A stretch of 38,333 bases of DNA, taken from NCBI GenBank assembly GCA_050737335.1, contig JBOHXA010000541.1, positions 1 to 38,333 of the forward strand. The letters are read 5' to 3'. Positions 27,218 to 36,207 of this stretch are shown one piece after another. Numbering within the stretch: position 1 is the first letter of the stretch; every line of letters begins with the position of its first letter. This stretch comes from Limisphaerales bacterium. GTDB taxonomy: Bacteria; Verrucomicrobiota; Verrucomicrobiia; Limisphaerales; UBA11358. The notes beneath the pieces are model-generated. The model did no database searches and was not told the origin of the DNA. It saw only the letters and a program-made list of their open reading frames with translations. The position numbers and the translations under genes are program-made.

Positions 27218-29293
27218 CTAAAACTGAAACGTAACCTGGGCAAAAACGCTCCTTGGAATTTCCGTCGCCTGTGTGTGAACATACGTCGGTTCAAACTCCG
27301 CGTGCCGGTCATGCAGCATATTTTGGCCGATGACTGCTACTTCCCAATTTTTATTGATATGCCAGGCCAGGCGGGCGTCCAGTTCAAAATAATCCGGCAC
27401 TGTAATCATCGGGGCGACCCCCGGTTGGGGGAAAGTCAGCTTGTCAATAAAGCGCAGGGCCGTGTCAAAGGTGATTTCGCGGGGTAAATCCATCGAAGAC
27501 CGGATCATAAATTGATTTTCGGGACTGGCGCCTTCGTCCAGCCCCACGGAATAAGTGTCGGTATATCCCTCCACGCTATTTGCGTGCAGAACCGATTTGA
27601 GATACGAATAGGACGGCTGCAGCCGCCACCAATCCAGCGCGCACCAGGTCGCTGAAATCTCGCAACCATAGGCGTTCCCATGAATATTATTGGCAAGGTA
27701 AAAAGTTGTCGGCCCCGCTGCTGTGGGCGCCTGGCTTCGCAGGTGGTCATAATGATTCCAGTACGCATCCGCGTCGAACGAAAGATTTCTTATTGGTTGA
27801 GCACGGTAACCGATTTCATACGCGAGCAAATTTTCGTTTTTGAAGATATTAGTCCCCAAAAGTGTGCCTGGAAAATAGATCCGCGGCGCGGCTTCGACAG
27901 GCTGTGTGAGGATGACCGATTCTTCAGCCCTGGATGGCGTGCGAACCGCGCGCGAGATGGAAGCCCATATCGTTTGGTGTTCCGTCGGCGTCCACAACAG
28001 CCGTGCGCCAGGCTGAAAATCCAATCCCGTATAATCGTTATCCTCAATTTTTGACCCCAGTGTCAGGCTCAGGCGGTCGGGAATGATGGACAATTTGTCC
28101 TGTACAAATGCGCTGTACAAATTGATGACCTGCGAATCAGTGTAGAACGAGATGTTTGCATTATCGCCTTCATGATCATCCGTGATCCGGTAGCCAAGGC
28201 CCCACACGAGGGTGTTGCGGGCGCCCGCGGCGAATTCATGTTTGAAATCCAGGTCAAAGGTGTCCCGTTGCTCGTCAAAAACATTCGCGGCGTATCGCGC
28301 GGTATTATCGTAATACATTTGCAATTTGAAATTGGACGTGTCCGAAATCGTATGCGTCCACCGGCCAAGCACATTTCCGCCGCCGACTTTCATTTGCTCG
28401 GCGTTGGTGGTGGTGAACATGGGCGGGGCGCCAATGTTGAACTCATCAAAAACCTGGTTTTCCCAGCCGGCGTAACCGTCGCCCTGGAGGGTGAAAGAGT
28501 TTTGTTCGCCGGGGTCCCAATCCGTGCGGAAGCCGGCGCGGGCGACCTGCGAGAAATTGCTGGCGTTGTCGCCGTCGGACAAAACGGTCGAGTCATGGTT
28601 TTCATATGTCGCATAGACGCGGTAAAAGGCATTGCTGCTGATTGAGCCGCCATAGCGGGCTCCGGCAAAGCCGCGTTCTTCAGCGCCGCCGCCGCCATCC
28701 ACCAATACCCCCTGCGTGTCCTCGGCGCTTTTAGTGATAATGTTGATGACACCGTTCATCGCGTTGGCGCCCCAAATGGTTGCGCCCGGTCCGCGGACCA
28801 CTTCGATATGGTCTATGTCCTCCAGCAATGTCCCCTGGATATCCCAAAACACGCCGGAAAAAAGCGGGGTATATATGCTGCGTCCGTCCTGCATCACGAG
28901 CAATTTGTTCGCGAATACGTCATTGAAGCCGCGCGAACTGACTGCCCATTGGCTCGAGTCCACCTGCGCCACGTCCATGCCCGGCACCAACCGCAACGCT
29001 TGCGGATAATTTTGCGCCCCGGAACGTTCGATGTCTTTTCCCGAAACCACGGAAACGGCCGCCGGTGTTTGCGGGATGGCTTCCGGCGCGTTTGGAGAAA
29101 CGATGGTCACCTTGATGTTGTACAAATCGGTAATGTCCATGTCCGCCAACGCTGCAAGGTTGGCATTTGTGCCTGTGCCATCTTGAGCGGCGGCTGACGC
29201 AATCGAGATAAGAAGCATCATGACCGCGAAAATGGCTTTGCCTGCCCCTTTGGGTAGAGGGGTTGCGCGTGAAGTAAATTCTGGCTGATTCAT
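27218..29293 (-). CDS. TonB-dependent outer-membrane receptor
   Basis: Signal peptide. Plug domain (VSVVSGKDIERSGAQNYPQALRLVPGMDV, LVMQDGRSIYTP, IEVVRGPGATIWGANAMNGVINIITK). Long beta-barrel ending in an aromatic terminus ...AQVTFQF. No FecA-like N-terminal signalling extension. Confidence 0.92.
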   Translation of the reverse strand: MNQPEFTSRATPLPKGAGKAIFAVMMLLISIASAAAQDGTGTNANLAALADMDITDLYNIKVTIVSPNAPEAIPQTPAAVSVVSGKDIERSGAQNYPQALRLVPGMDVAQVDSSQWAVSSRGFNDVFANKLLVMQDGRSIYTPLFSGVFWDIQGTLLEDIDHIEVVRGPGATIWGANAMNGVINIITKSAEDTQGVLVDGGGGAEERGFAGARYGGSISSNAFYRVYATYENHDSTVLSDGDNASNFSQVARAGFRTDWDPGEQNSFTLQGDGYAGWENQVFDEFNIGAPPMFTTTNAEQMKVGGGNVLGRWTHTISDTSNFKLQMYYDNTARYAANVFDEQRDTFDLDFKHEFAAGARNTLVWGLGYRITDDHEGDNANISFYTDSQVINLYSAFVQDKLSIIPDRLSLTLGSKIEDNDYTGLDFQPGARLLWTPTEHQTIWASISRAVRTPSRAEESVILTQPVEAAPRIYFPGTLLGTNIFKNENLLAYEIGYRAQPIRNLSFDADAYWNHYDHLRSQAPTAAGPTTFYLANNIHGNAYGCEISATWCALDWWRLQPSYSYLKSVLHANSVEGYTDTYSVGLDEGASPENQFMIRSSMDLPREITFDTALRFIDKLTFPQPGVAPMITVPDYFELDARLAWHINKNWEVAVIGQNMLHDRHAEFEPTYVHTQATEIPRSVFAQVTFQF

Positions 29294-29355
29294 GCCGGCT
29301 TTTGCCCTGCAAATGACCGTAAACTGTTACGGTAAAAGCAGATTTAATGCCTTGT

Positions 29356-30276
29356 CTAAGCCCGGGGATGGAATTGCCGATGCGCGTCCCGCAAGCGGGT
29401 TGCGGCTACGTGGGTGTAGATTTCGGTAGTGCTGATTTTCGCGTGGCCCAACAATTCCTGAATGACCCGCAAATCCGCGCCGTGCTCGAGCAGGTGCGTG
29501 GCAAAACTGTGTCTGAGCATATGCGGAGTAACGTTGCGCTCGATGCCGGCGCGGCGGACCCGGTTCTTGATCCGCAGCCATAGCGTCACGGAGGCAAATG
29601 GGGTGCCGCGCTGAGTCAAAAAAACATTTGCCGGAGATTTTGGCGTAACGAGTCCTGGCCGGGCGATTTCAAGATATCGGTTCAGCGCTTCGACCGCCTT
29701 CCTGCCGACGGGCGCCACTCGTTCCTTGTTTCCTTTGCCAATCACGTTGATAAAGCCCGACTCCAAATGCAATTGCTCAAGCCTTAGATTTTTTAATTCG
29801 GAGAGGCGCAGGCCTGACGCATATGCCAATTCCAGGACGGCCCGATCGCACAAATTCCGCGGCGTCTCGGGATTTTCCGGAGCAAGGGCCTGTTTTATTT
29901 CGTCATCGCTCAGGCCTTTAGGCAGGCGTTTCCAGCGGCGAGGCAGCGACAAGTTTTCCGCGACGTTTAGCGGCAACAATTTCTCATTTTCGGCAAATTT
30001 ATAAAACGCCCGCAATGCGGCAATTTCCAGATAAACACTTTCACCGCTCAATCGGCGGGTGGAATCCCTGCCCTCCGTTTGCAGATTGCGCTCGCGCTCG
30101 TGTTGCAGAAAAGACATTAAATGCGACAAGTCCACATCTTTCCAATCCTTGAGATTTTGTCTTTCCGCCCAGGTCATAAATTTTGCGAGGACCGCCGCGT
30201 ACGTTTTAGCGGTGTTGTCAGACTGGCCGCGTTCGTGGCACAGGAACTGCAGGAAATCTTCAATAAGATTTTGCAT
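29356..30276 (-). CDS. xerD: tyrosine recombinase XerD/XerC type
   Basis: N-terminal SAM-like domain (IEDFLQFLCHERGQSDNTAKTYAAVL). Catalytic region ASGLRLSEL...HMLRHSFATHLLEHGADLRVIQELLGHAKISTTEIYTHV. Start placed at ATG 30276, 4 nt after the radical SAM stop. The 129 extra N-terminal codons of the ORF track overlap that gene. Confidence 0.88.
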   Translation of the reverse strand: MQNLIEDFLQFLCHERGQSDNTAKTYAAVLAKFMTWAERQNLKDWKDVDLSHLMSFLQHERERNLQTEGRDSTRRLSGESVYLEIAALRAFYKFAENEKLLPLNVAENLSLPRRWKRLPKGLSDDEIKQALAPENPETPRNLCDRAVLELAYASGLRLSELKNLRLEQLHLESGFINVIGKGNKERVAPVGRKAVEALNRYLEIARPGLVTPKSPANVFLTQRGTPFASVTLWLRIKNRVRRAGIERNVTPHMLRHSFATHLLEHGADLRVIQELLGHAKISTTEIYTHVAATRLRDAHRQFHPRA

Positions 30277-30280
30277 CGGT

Positions 30281-31342
30281 TTAAAACAGCGACAATTGCG
30301 GGCCACCCGCGCGCCGAAATGCGGTTGTGGAAAGTTCATAATTTCGCCCGTCCTTGAACCCGGCCTTTCGGCGGGCGACCTCAAACATCGTTTCGATTTG
30401 TTCGGCGAAGATGCCATCGCCGCGCATCCGCGTTCCCCACTGGGAATTGTATAATTTTCCGCCGCGCATGGCCTTGATGCGGTTAAGGACGCGTTCCTTG
30501 CGGTCGGGGAAGTGGGTTTCCAGCCATTTTTCAAATAGCGGCGCATTGGCATAGGGGAGCCGAACGACGGTAAATCCGGCGGCGGTTGCGCCGGATTCGC
30601 GCGCCGCCCTGAGAATTGCCGGCATTTCATGATCGTTGAGCCCTGGAATGATGGGCGCGACATTCACGCTCACCGGGATGTTCGCCCCGGCCAATTTGCG
30701 GATGGCATTCAAGCGGGCCTGCGGCGGCGAGGCGCGCGGTTCCATGACCCCTTTCAGGTCATTATCCAGAGTGGTGATGGACAGGCAAACGCTGGCGCAA
30801 TCATGTTTGGCCAGTTCCGAGAGCACGTCCACGTCTCGACTCACAAGAGAATTTTTCGTGATGATGGCGGCCGGATTGCGGAATTCCGCAAGGGTTTCCA
30901 GGCAGCGCCGTGTCAATTTCAATTTCCCTTCGACGGGCTGGTAACAGTCGGTCACGCCGCTCATCACGATGACTTGCGGCTTCCATTTAAGCGACGAAAG
31001 CTCCTGGCGCAACAATTCCGGCGCGTTGAGTTTGACCATGATTTTAGTTTCAAAATCCAGGCCGGAGGAAAATCCGAGGTATTCGTGCGTTGGACGGGCA
31101 TAGCAATAGATGCAGCCGTGCTCGCAACCGCGATAGGGATTAAGGCTCGAGGTAAACCCGATATCCGGACTGTCATTGTGGGCAATGATTGTCTTGCTGT
31201 GGTCCACGAAAAATTGCGTTTGTGGAAGCCCGTCATCCTCGGGATTCCAATCCGCATCCGGTTCGAGATGAATTTTTTCAAATCGGTTTGGCGGATTTTC
31301 TGTCGCTCCACGGTGGGCGGATATGAGCTGTTCGGTTCGCAC
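30281..31342 (-). CDS. radical SAM protein, PA0069 / SplB-like (COG1533) family
   Basis: CEHGCIYCYARPTHEYLG contains the CxxxCxxC radical SAM cluster motif. The N-terminus RGATENPPNRFE and overall length match the PA0069-type family. Confidence 0.85.
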   Translation of the reverse strand: MRTEQLISAHRGATENPPNRFEKIHLEPDADWNPEDDGLPQTQFFVDHSKTIIAHNDSPDIGFTSSLNPYRGCEHGCIYCYARPTHEYLGFSSGLDFETKIMVKLNAPELLRQELSSLKWKPQVIVMSGVTDCYQPVEGKLKLTRRCLETLAEFRNPAAIITKNSLVSRDVDVLSELAKHDCASVCLSITTLDNDLKGVMEPRASPPQARLNAIRKLAGANIPVSVNVAPIIPGLNDHEMPAILRAARESGATAAGFTVVRLPYANAPLFEKWLETHFPDRKERVLNRIKAMRGGKLYNSQWGTRMRGDGIFAEQIETMFEVARRKAGFKDGRNYELSTTAFRRAGGPQLSLF

Positions 31343-31466
31343 AAAGACACTTTAACATGGGGCGCAAGGGGTCGCGAAATACGCGGCGCGCGGCGCGCGG
31401 TATGTCGAGGATGGCATGCACGGGCGGAGTTATTGTTGATGTACTCGCAGACGATGGATCCAGTCG

Positions 31467-32444
31467 CTACATAATCTTCAATTTGGGCAAATCCTGGGAA
31501 TCAACCAGACCCACCGGCTCTTTCTTTGCGTTCACGACAATCAAATCATCAATGCTTCGTTCATCGAACATTTTGAGGGCTTCCATGGCCAGGGCAGTTT
31601 CTGAAATGCAAATGGGATTGCGGGTCATCACGGCTTTCAGGGTCTGCGAGAACAGGAGGTCCCCATTGGCGGCGATGCGCCGCCGGAGATCGCCATCGGT
31701 AAAAACGCCAATGAGTTTGCCTCGCGCATTCACAACGCTCAAACTGCCCGAGCGGGCGCGCGTCATGACAAGCAGCGCGTCCTTGACCGTCAGTTCCTGG
31801 CGGGCAACCGCGTTGCGATCGCCCTTGCGCATGATATCGCGCACTTTTGAAAGTTGCATGGAGCGGCCGATGCTGCCGGCGGGGTGGTTTCGCGCGAAAT
31901 CTTTTTGTTTGAAGCCGCGGGCCTGTAAAATCGCCATCGCCAGCGCGTCGCCCATCACCAACATGGCCGTGGTGCTGCTTGTGGGCGCCAGGTTGAATGG
32001 ACACGCTTCGCGCGGCACTTTGACGTTCAGGACGACGTCGCTGTGTCGCGCCAGAGAGGACCTGGGATTGCCGCTCAGAGAAACAAACCGGACCGAAAAT
32101 CGTTTCAGCGCCGGCAGCAAATTTAACAATTCCTCGGATTCACCGGAATAACTCAGCGCCAAAATGATGTCGCCGTCGTTGACGATGCCGATATCGCCGT
32201 GCAGCGCGTCCACACTGCTCAAGACGACGCTCGTCGAGCCGGTACTGGTGAGCGTGGCTGCGATCTTTCGCCCAATGTTGCCGGATTTGCCGATGCCCAC
32301 GACGACGACTTTACCCCGCCTTTTGACCGCCTCGACGATGATTTCGACCGCGCGCTCAAAGGATGAATCCAATTGCGCGCGCGCTTTCTTGAGCGCGGCG
32401 ATTTCGATATCGAATACCTCACGGGCTTTGGCCAAATGATTCAC
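31467..32444 (-). CDS. kpsF: arabinose-5-phosphate isomerase (KpsF/GutQ family; SIS + tandem CBS)
   Basis: SIS domain GKVVVVGIGKSGNIGRKIAATLTSTGS...LALSYSGES. C-terminal CBS pair (VVNARGKLIGVFTDGDLRR, VVNAKKEPVGLVDSQDL). Confidence 0.9.
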   Translation of the reverse strand: MNHLAKAREVFDIEIAALKKARAQLDSSFERAVEIIVEAVKRRGKVVVVGIGKSGNIGRKIAATLTSTGSTSVVLSSVDALHGDIGIVNDGDIILALSYSGESEELLNLLPALKRFSVRFVSLSGNPRSSLARHSDVVLNVKVPREACPFNLAPTSSTTAMLVMGDALAMAILQARGFKQKDFARNHPAGSIGRSMQLSKVRDIMRKGDRNAVARQELTVKDALLVMTRARSGSLSVVNARGKLIGVFTDGDLRRRIAANGDLLFSQTLKAVMTRNPICISETALAMEALKMFDERSIDDLIVVNAKKEPVGLVDSQDLPKLKIM

Positions 32445-32499
32445 ACGCCGAGAATGCGCGGAACGGGAAATTAATTCAAAAAAAATCTTTAAACTGCCA

Positions 32500-32515
32500 T
32501 TTGAAATTTTTCAAA
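32500..32515. promoter_or_regulatory. 16-bp palindrome TTTGAA-ATTT-TTCAAA (FNR/CRP-box-like spacing) in a divergent promoter region
   Basis: TTGAA-N4-TTCAA core at 32501-32514, compared with the FNR-type consensus TTGAT-N4-ATCAA. It lies between the divergent kpsF (-) and SYLF (+) genes. The context is AT-rich, so chance is possible. Confidence 0.25.
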
Positions 32516-32635
32516 AACGGGTTCATGGTATGAGTGCCCGAAGGCGCCGGGGACTGCGCGTTCCGCCGTAACTGCCCGCCTCCCGTCCAAAGCTTCCCGC
32601 GTGTGGAAAACGTCAACGAACAAGGAGTAAATGTT

Positions 32636-33298
32636 ATGAGAACGGCTATACTAGGTTTATTAATAATGGGATTGGCCACTTCGGCCTTCGCGCTGGACAG
32701 GGGACAATTGAACAATCGGATACAATCCATCACCGCAAAATTCACCGCCATGGAACAGAATCGGGCCACGCGCGTTCCCCCTGATCAACTAGCGCGGGCA
32801 AACGGCATTATTTTGCTGGACCGTACCAAAGGCGCGCTGATTTTCGGCTATCACTATGCAAACGGCCTCGCGCTGGTCCGCAGCGCCGACGGACGTTGGA
32901 GCCCGGCAGGCTTTGTCGAGTCGAGCGGGGCGAGCCTGGGCCCGCAGATTGGTGGCACAAAGGACTTCTTCGTGGTCCTGATGATGACGCCATCGGCGGT
33001 TCAGACGCTTAAACAACCGGCCATAGACTTCGGGGCCAAAGCATCCGAGACGTTCGGTGGCGAGCATGCCGGAGCCAAGGTGATGACTGAATCGCATCCG
33101 GTGATGGTTTATAGCGAGCACAACGGAGCCTTTGCCGGCGCGTCCATTCGAGGCGGGTCTGTTCGCGTGGATAAGGACGCCAACGCCGCTTATTATGGCC
33201 ATCCCGTTTCCATGAACGGTATTCTATTTGCGCATCAAGTTTCGCGGACGCCCGCTGAAGACGCTCTTATCGCAAAAATTGACGAGTTCTCGCGCTAA
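32636..33298 (+). CDS. SYLF (Ysc84/DUF500) domain lipid-binding protein, secreted
   Basis: Signal peptide MRTAILGLLIMGLATSAFA, preceded by AAGGAG 9 nt upstream. GIILLDRTKGALIFGYHYANGLALVRSADGRWSPAGFVESSGASLGPQIGG is typical of SYLF domains. Confidence 0.8.
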   Translation: MRTAILGLLIMGLATSAFALDRGQLNNRIQSITAKFTAMEQNRATRVPPDQLARANGIILLDRTKGALIFGYHYANGLALVRSADGRWSPAGFVESSGASLGPQIGGTKDFFVVLMMTPSAVQTLKQPAIDFGAKASETFGGEHAGAKVMTESHPVMVYSEHNGAFAGASIRGGSVRVDKDANAAYYGHPVSMNGILFAHQVSRTPAEDALIAKIDEFSR

Positions 33299-33308
33299 AC
33301 CCGCCGGC

Positions 33309-33992
33309 TTATAAACGGCGTGCCGCGGCGAATTGTTCCGAAACCTGGACGAGCCGTTTGTTGTCCGCTCGGATGCGGGAGGAAAGCGTCCGGGCGGCCG
33401 CTTGCAAAAACGGTGTGGCCAGCGCTGGCGCTTCGCGGATCATCCGGTAAAAGTTTGCCGCGGATATTTTGATAAGACTGCTATCGGCGTCGGCGACAAC
33501 GTCCGCGGAGCGCGGGCCGTTGTCAAAAAGCGCCATGTCCCCAAAAAAATCCCCGGCCCGGAATGTTGCCAGGATGGATTCCGTATCGCCAGTAGCAGTC
33601 CGCGCGCGCAATTCTCCGGTTAATACTAAAAACATCGCCTCGCCAAGGTCGCCTTGGCGAAAGACAATGCCATTCATGGGACATTCGTGGAGTTCCATGA
33701 AATCGGACAGGTGGGCCAACTGCGTATCATTTAGCTTTGCTAAAATTTTGATCCGGCGCAGGGAGCCGGGCGTCACACCCGCTGATGGCGCCGTTCCGGA
33801 GGCGGTTTGAAAGCACGCACGAAGCTCTGGAAATTGGGATGCTTTTCCCCACTTGTCCGCATTGCGGTCGAAAACCCAGGTATCCGCAATCACCCGGCCC
33901 TCGATGACCCATTGCGACAGCAAGGACAACTCGACCGGCCCATAAGGCGAGTTGTCAATTCCCCAAATATAATAAGAAGAATCCTGACCCAC
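33309..33992 (-). CDS. GYF_2 domain + cyclic-nucleotide-binding domain protein
   Basis: N-terminal YYIWGIDNSPYGPVELSLLSQWVIEGRVIADTWVFDRNADKWGKASQFPEL (GYF_2/DUF4339 pattern). cNMP-binding beta-roll FRQGDLGEAMFLVLTGEL...FGDMALFDNGPRSADVVA. No HTH or enzymatic output domain. Confidence 0.82.
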   Translation of the reverse strand: MGQDSSYYIWGIDNSPYGPVELSLLSQWVIEGRVIADTWVFDRNADKWGKASQFPELRACFQTASGTAPSAGVTPGSLRRIKILAKLNDTQLAHLSDFMELHECPMNGIVFRQGDLGEAMFLVLTGELRARTATGDTESILATFRAGDFFGDMALFDNGPRSADVVADADSSLIKISAANFYRMIREAPALATPFLQAAARTLSSRIRADNKRLVQVSEQFAAARRL

Positions 33993-34137
33993 ACCTGGAT
34001 GCTACCATGGCCTTGCTTATTGAGTGACACAAAAAAGCTCCACTTTATGGCCGAAGATCGCCAGTTTTGGGACTTTGCTCTAATGGCCCATGGGCGCCTT
34101 CGGGAGACCTCTGGAATTCGCCTTGGACTTTTAAACG

Positions 34138-34473
34138 TTACTTGGTCTGCGAAAAAAGCATAAAAACGCGCGGGCCACGCGCGGTAGTGATCGCATATTG
34201 CTCTTCCTGCGAACTCTGCGGGGTTGCCAGGCCGTCCGATTGGCCTCGAACGGGTTGGTCGTCGGCAAAAAACATGAAGTGGTGGGTGCGATTGCCGGGA
34301 ATGTGGTGCATTGTCAAATGCCAGGCGCCGGAGACTTCACGTTTCAACGGTATTTTTTTCCAATTGGTAAATGTCCCGGCGACTTCCACCTTGGAGGGCG
34401 CGTGTCCGTTTGGCGACTGCCATCGGAAAATTTTACTGAATATCTGTTTTCGTGCTTCGACTTGATGTGTCAT
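34138..34473 (-). CDS. CBM48 / AMPK-beta-like glycogen-binding (E-set) domain protein
   Basis: FRWQSPNGHAPSKVEVAGTFTNWKKIPLKREVSGAWHLTMHHIPGNRTHHFMFFADDQPV matches the AMPK1_CBM / isoamylase early-set pattern. Confidence 0.7.
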   Translation of the reverse strand: MTHQVEARKQIFSKIFRWQSPNGHAPSKVEVAGTFTNWKKIPLKREVSGAWHLTMHHIPGNRTHHFMFFADDQPVRGQSDGLATPQSSQEEQYAITTARGPRVFMLFSQTK

Positions 34474-34871
34474 GACTGTCCTTAATTATGGATCATTTGT
34501 CCTATACCAGCCTTGGGAGATACCGAATGACCGCAACAGAGGATATTCCGTTACACGGCTCACGCTTTTGCGCCGATAACCCACACTGCGTAAAAATCTT
34601 CGGAAACGGCATCAACGGCCTGTCGAATGACTTTTACTTTTCAAACTTAACACGTGAGTAGCTCGAATCCAAAGAAAATTTTCGTGGAAAGGGGGTATCT
34701 TCAAACGGTTGTTGTCGTGACGCGTTTCTCCCCCAACTGTGTGCAGGACAGGCATCGTGCCCGCGGGTTTTCCGGGGGATGTTTGCCCCGGCGTCTTTGA
34801 CGGTGAACGAAGGCGTATGCTCGTCAGGCGAAATTGACAGAGCGGACTGATGTCCACCGCGCCAGGCAGCG

Positions 34872-35948
34872 CTAATCAGAATTCGGGTATGAGCCGAGAA
34901 TTTTTACAAAATTGCAGTGCTCACCGAGATTCCGGATGGTCCGCTCGACTTTTTTCTCCTGGGCATGGCCGTCGCAATCAATGAAGAAGAAGTATTCCCA
35001 TGCCTTTCGTTTGCTTGGGCGGGATTCGATTTTGGTCAAATTGATTTTTGCGCGGCGGAACGACGCGAGGGCCTCGTGCAATGCGCCCACTTTGTCCGTA
35101 ACGCTAATCATCAGGCTGGTGCGGTCGAGGCCGGTGGGCGGACTGCATTGGCGGCCCAAAACCAGGAAGCGGGTGGCATTGGCGGCATTGTCCTGGATGT
35201 CCTGTTCAAGGATTTGAAGGCAATATTTTTCGGCGGCCAGGTAACCGGTCACCGCGCCGGCTTTCCGGTCCCGTGAAGCCAATTCAGCCGATCGGGCATT
35301 GGAAGAGGCCTCGAGGATTTCCGCGCCGGATAGATTTTGTTGGACCCAGCGGCGGCATTGGCCCAGCGCCTGGGGATGAATGTGCAGGCGCTTGATGTAT
35401 TTGACGCCGCCGCCATTTCCGGCCAGGCAATATTGAATTGGCAAAATAATTTGGGAAACGATTTTCAATTCGCTGTCCACAAACATGTCCAGGGTATGCG
35501 TGACCACGCCTTCGGTCGAATTTTCGACGGGCACAACCCCGTAATCAGCGCGGCCTTTCTGAACTTCCGTAAAGACGTCGGCGATTGTTTTTTGCGCGGC
35601 GTAATGGAGGCTGGAGCCGAAGCGGCGTATGGCGGCCTGATGCGTAAATGTGGCTTCCGGACCCAGATAAGCGATTGCCAATGTTTTTTCCAGGGCCAGC
35701 GCGCTGGACATGATCTCGCGGTAAATGGCCCGGAGTTGTTGGGCCGTCATTGGACCGGGATTGAGCCTGGCTATACGGTCAAGAACGGCCCGTTCGCGGT
35801 GCGGTGCGTAGATTTCCTGCCCTCCGCTACGTTTGATCTCGCCAATCGCAAGGACGTGCCGTGTGCGCTCGCTTAAGAGCCGCACCAGTCGCGCATCGAG
35901 CTTATCAATGGCCTTGCGATGTTCCGGAATGTTCAACGCGGGAAGCAT
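34872..35948 (-). CDS. pheA: bifunctional chorismate mutase / prephenate dehydratase (P-protein)
   Basis: CM_2 domain (IDKLDARLVRLLSERTRHVLAIGEIK). PDT domain (IAYLGPEATFTHQAA, NATRFLVLG). ACT domain (TKIESRPSKRKAWEYFFFID). Start at ATG 35948, or alternatively 35987. Confidence 0.92.
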   Translation of the reverse strand: MLPALNIPEHRKAIDKLDARLVRLLSERTRHVLAIGEIKRSGGQEIYAPHRERAVLDRIARLNPGPMTAQQLRAIYREIMSSALALEKTLAIAYLGPEATFTHQAAIRRFGSSLHYAAQKTIADVFTEVQKGRADYGVVPVENSTEGVVTHTLDMFVDSELKIVSQIILPIQYCLAGNGGGVKYIKRLHIHPQALGQCRRWVQQNLSGAEILEASSNARSAELASRDRKAGAVTGYLAAEKYCLQILEQDIQDNAANATRFLVLGRQCSPPTGLDRTSLMISVTDKVGALHEALASFRRAKINLTKIESRPSKRKAWEYFFFIDCDGHAQEKKVERTIRNLGEHCNFVKILGSYPNSD

Positions 35949-36207
35949 GAAGAAATGCAGGCGAAGAATCAAATCACTTCGCGCCATGGGCGACAGGCGC
36001 GGGGGCAGGATGGCAGGATGGACGGGATGGGAACACGACGAATAAGGGTGAAACCTTTTGCCGGCAAACCGAATCAAACCAAAACCCAATCAGTCAAACT
36101 ACGTTGTATTCTGCATTAATGTGGACTCCGCACATAAATAATTGCGGATTCTCCGGCGAATAACTTCAGTTCAACGTCCCCGCTGCCTCGGCCGCTCCCA
36201 CTTCCGC

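Noticed and set aside
30277-30663. 129-codon N-terminal extension of the xerD ORF in the ORF track.
   Set aside because: It overlaps the radical SAM gene in another frame. The recombinase homology starts at MQNLIEDFLQFL (ATG 30276).
31383-31398. GCGGCGC tandem (2.3 copies) between the radical SAM gene and kpsF.
   Set aside because: It is very short and GC-rich. There is no evidence of function.
30629-32151. Plus-strand ORFs of 281 aa and 264 aa.
   Set aside because: They are antisense to the radical SAM and kpsF genes, whose motifs are unambiguous. They also span the intergenic gap implausibly.
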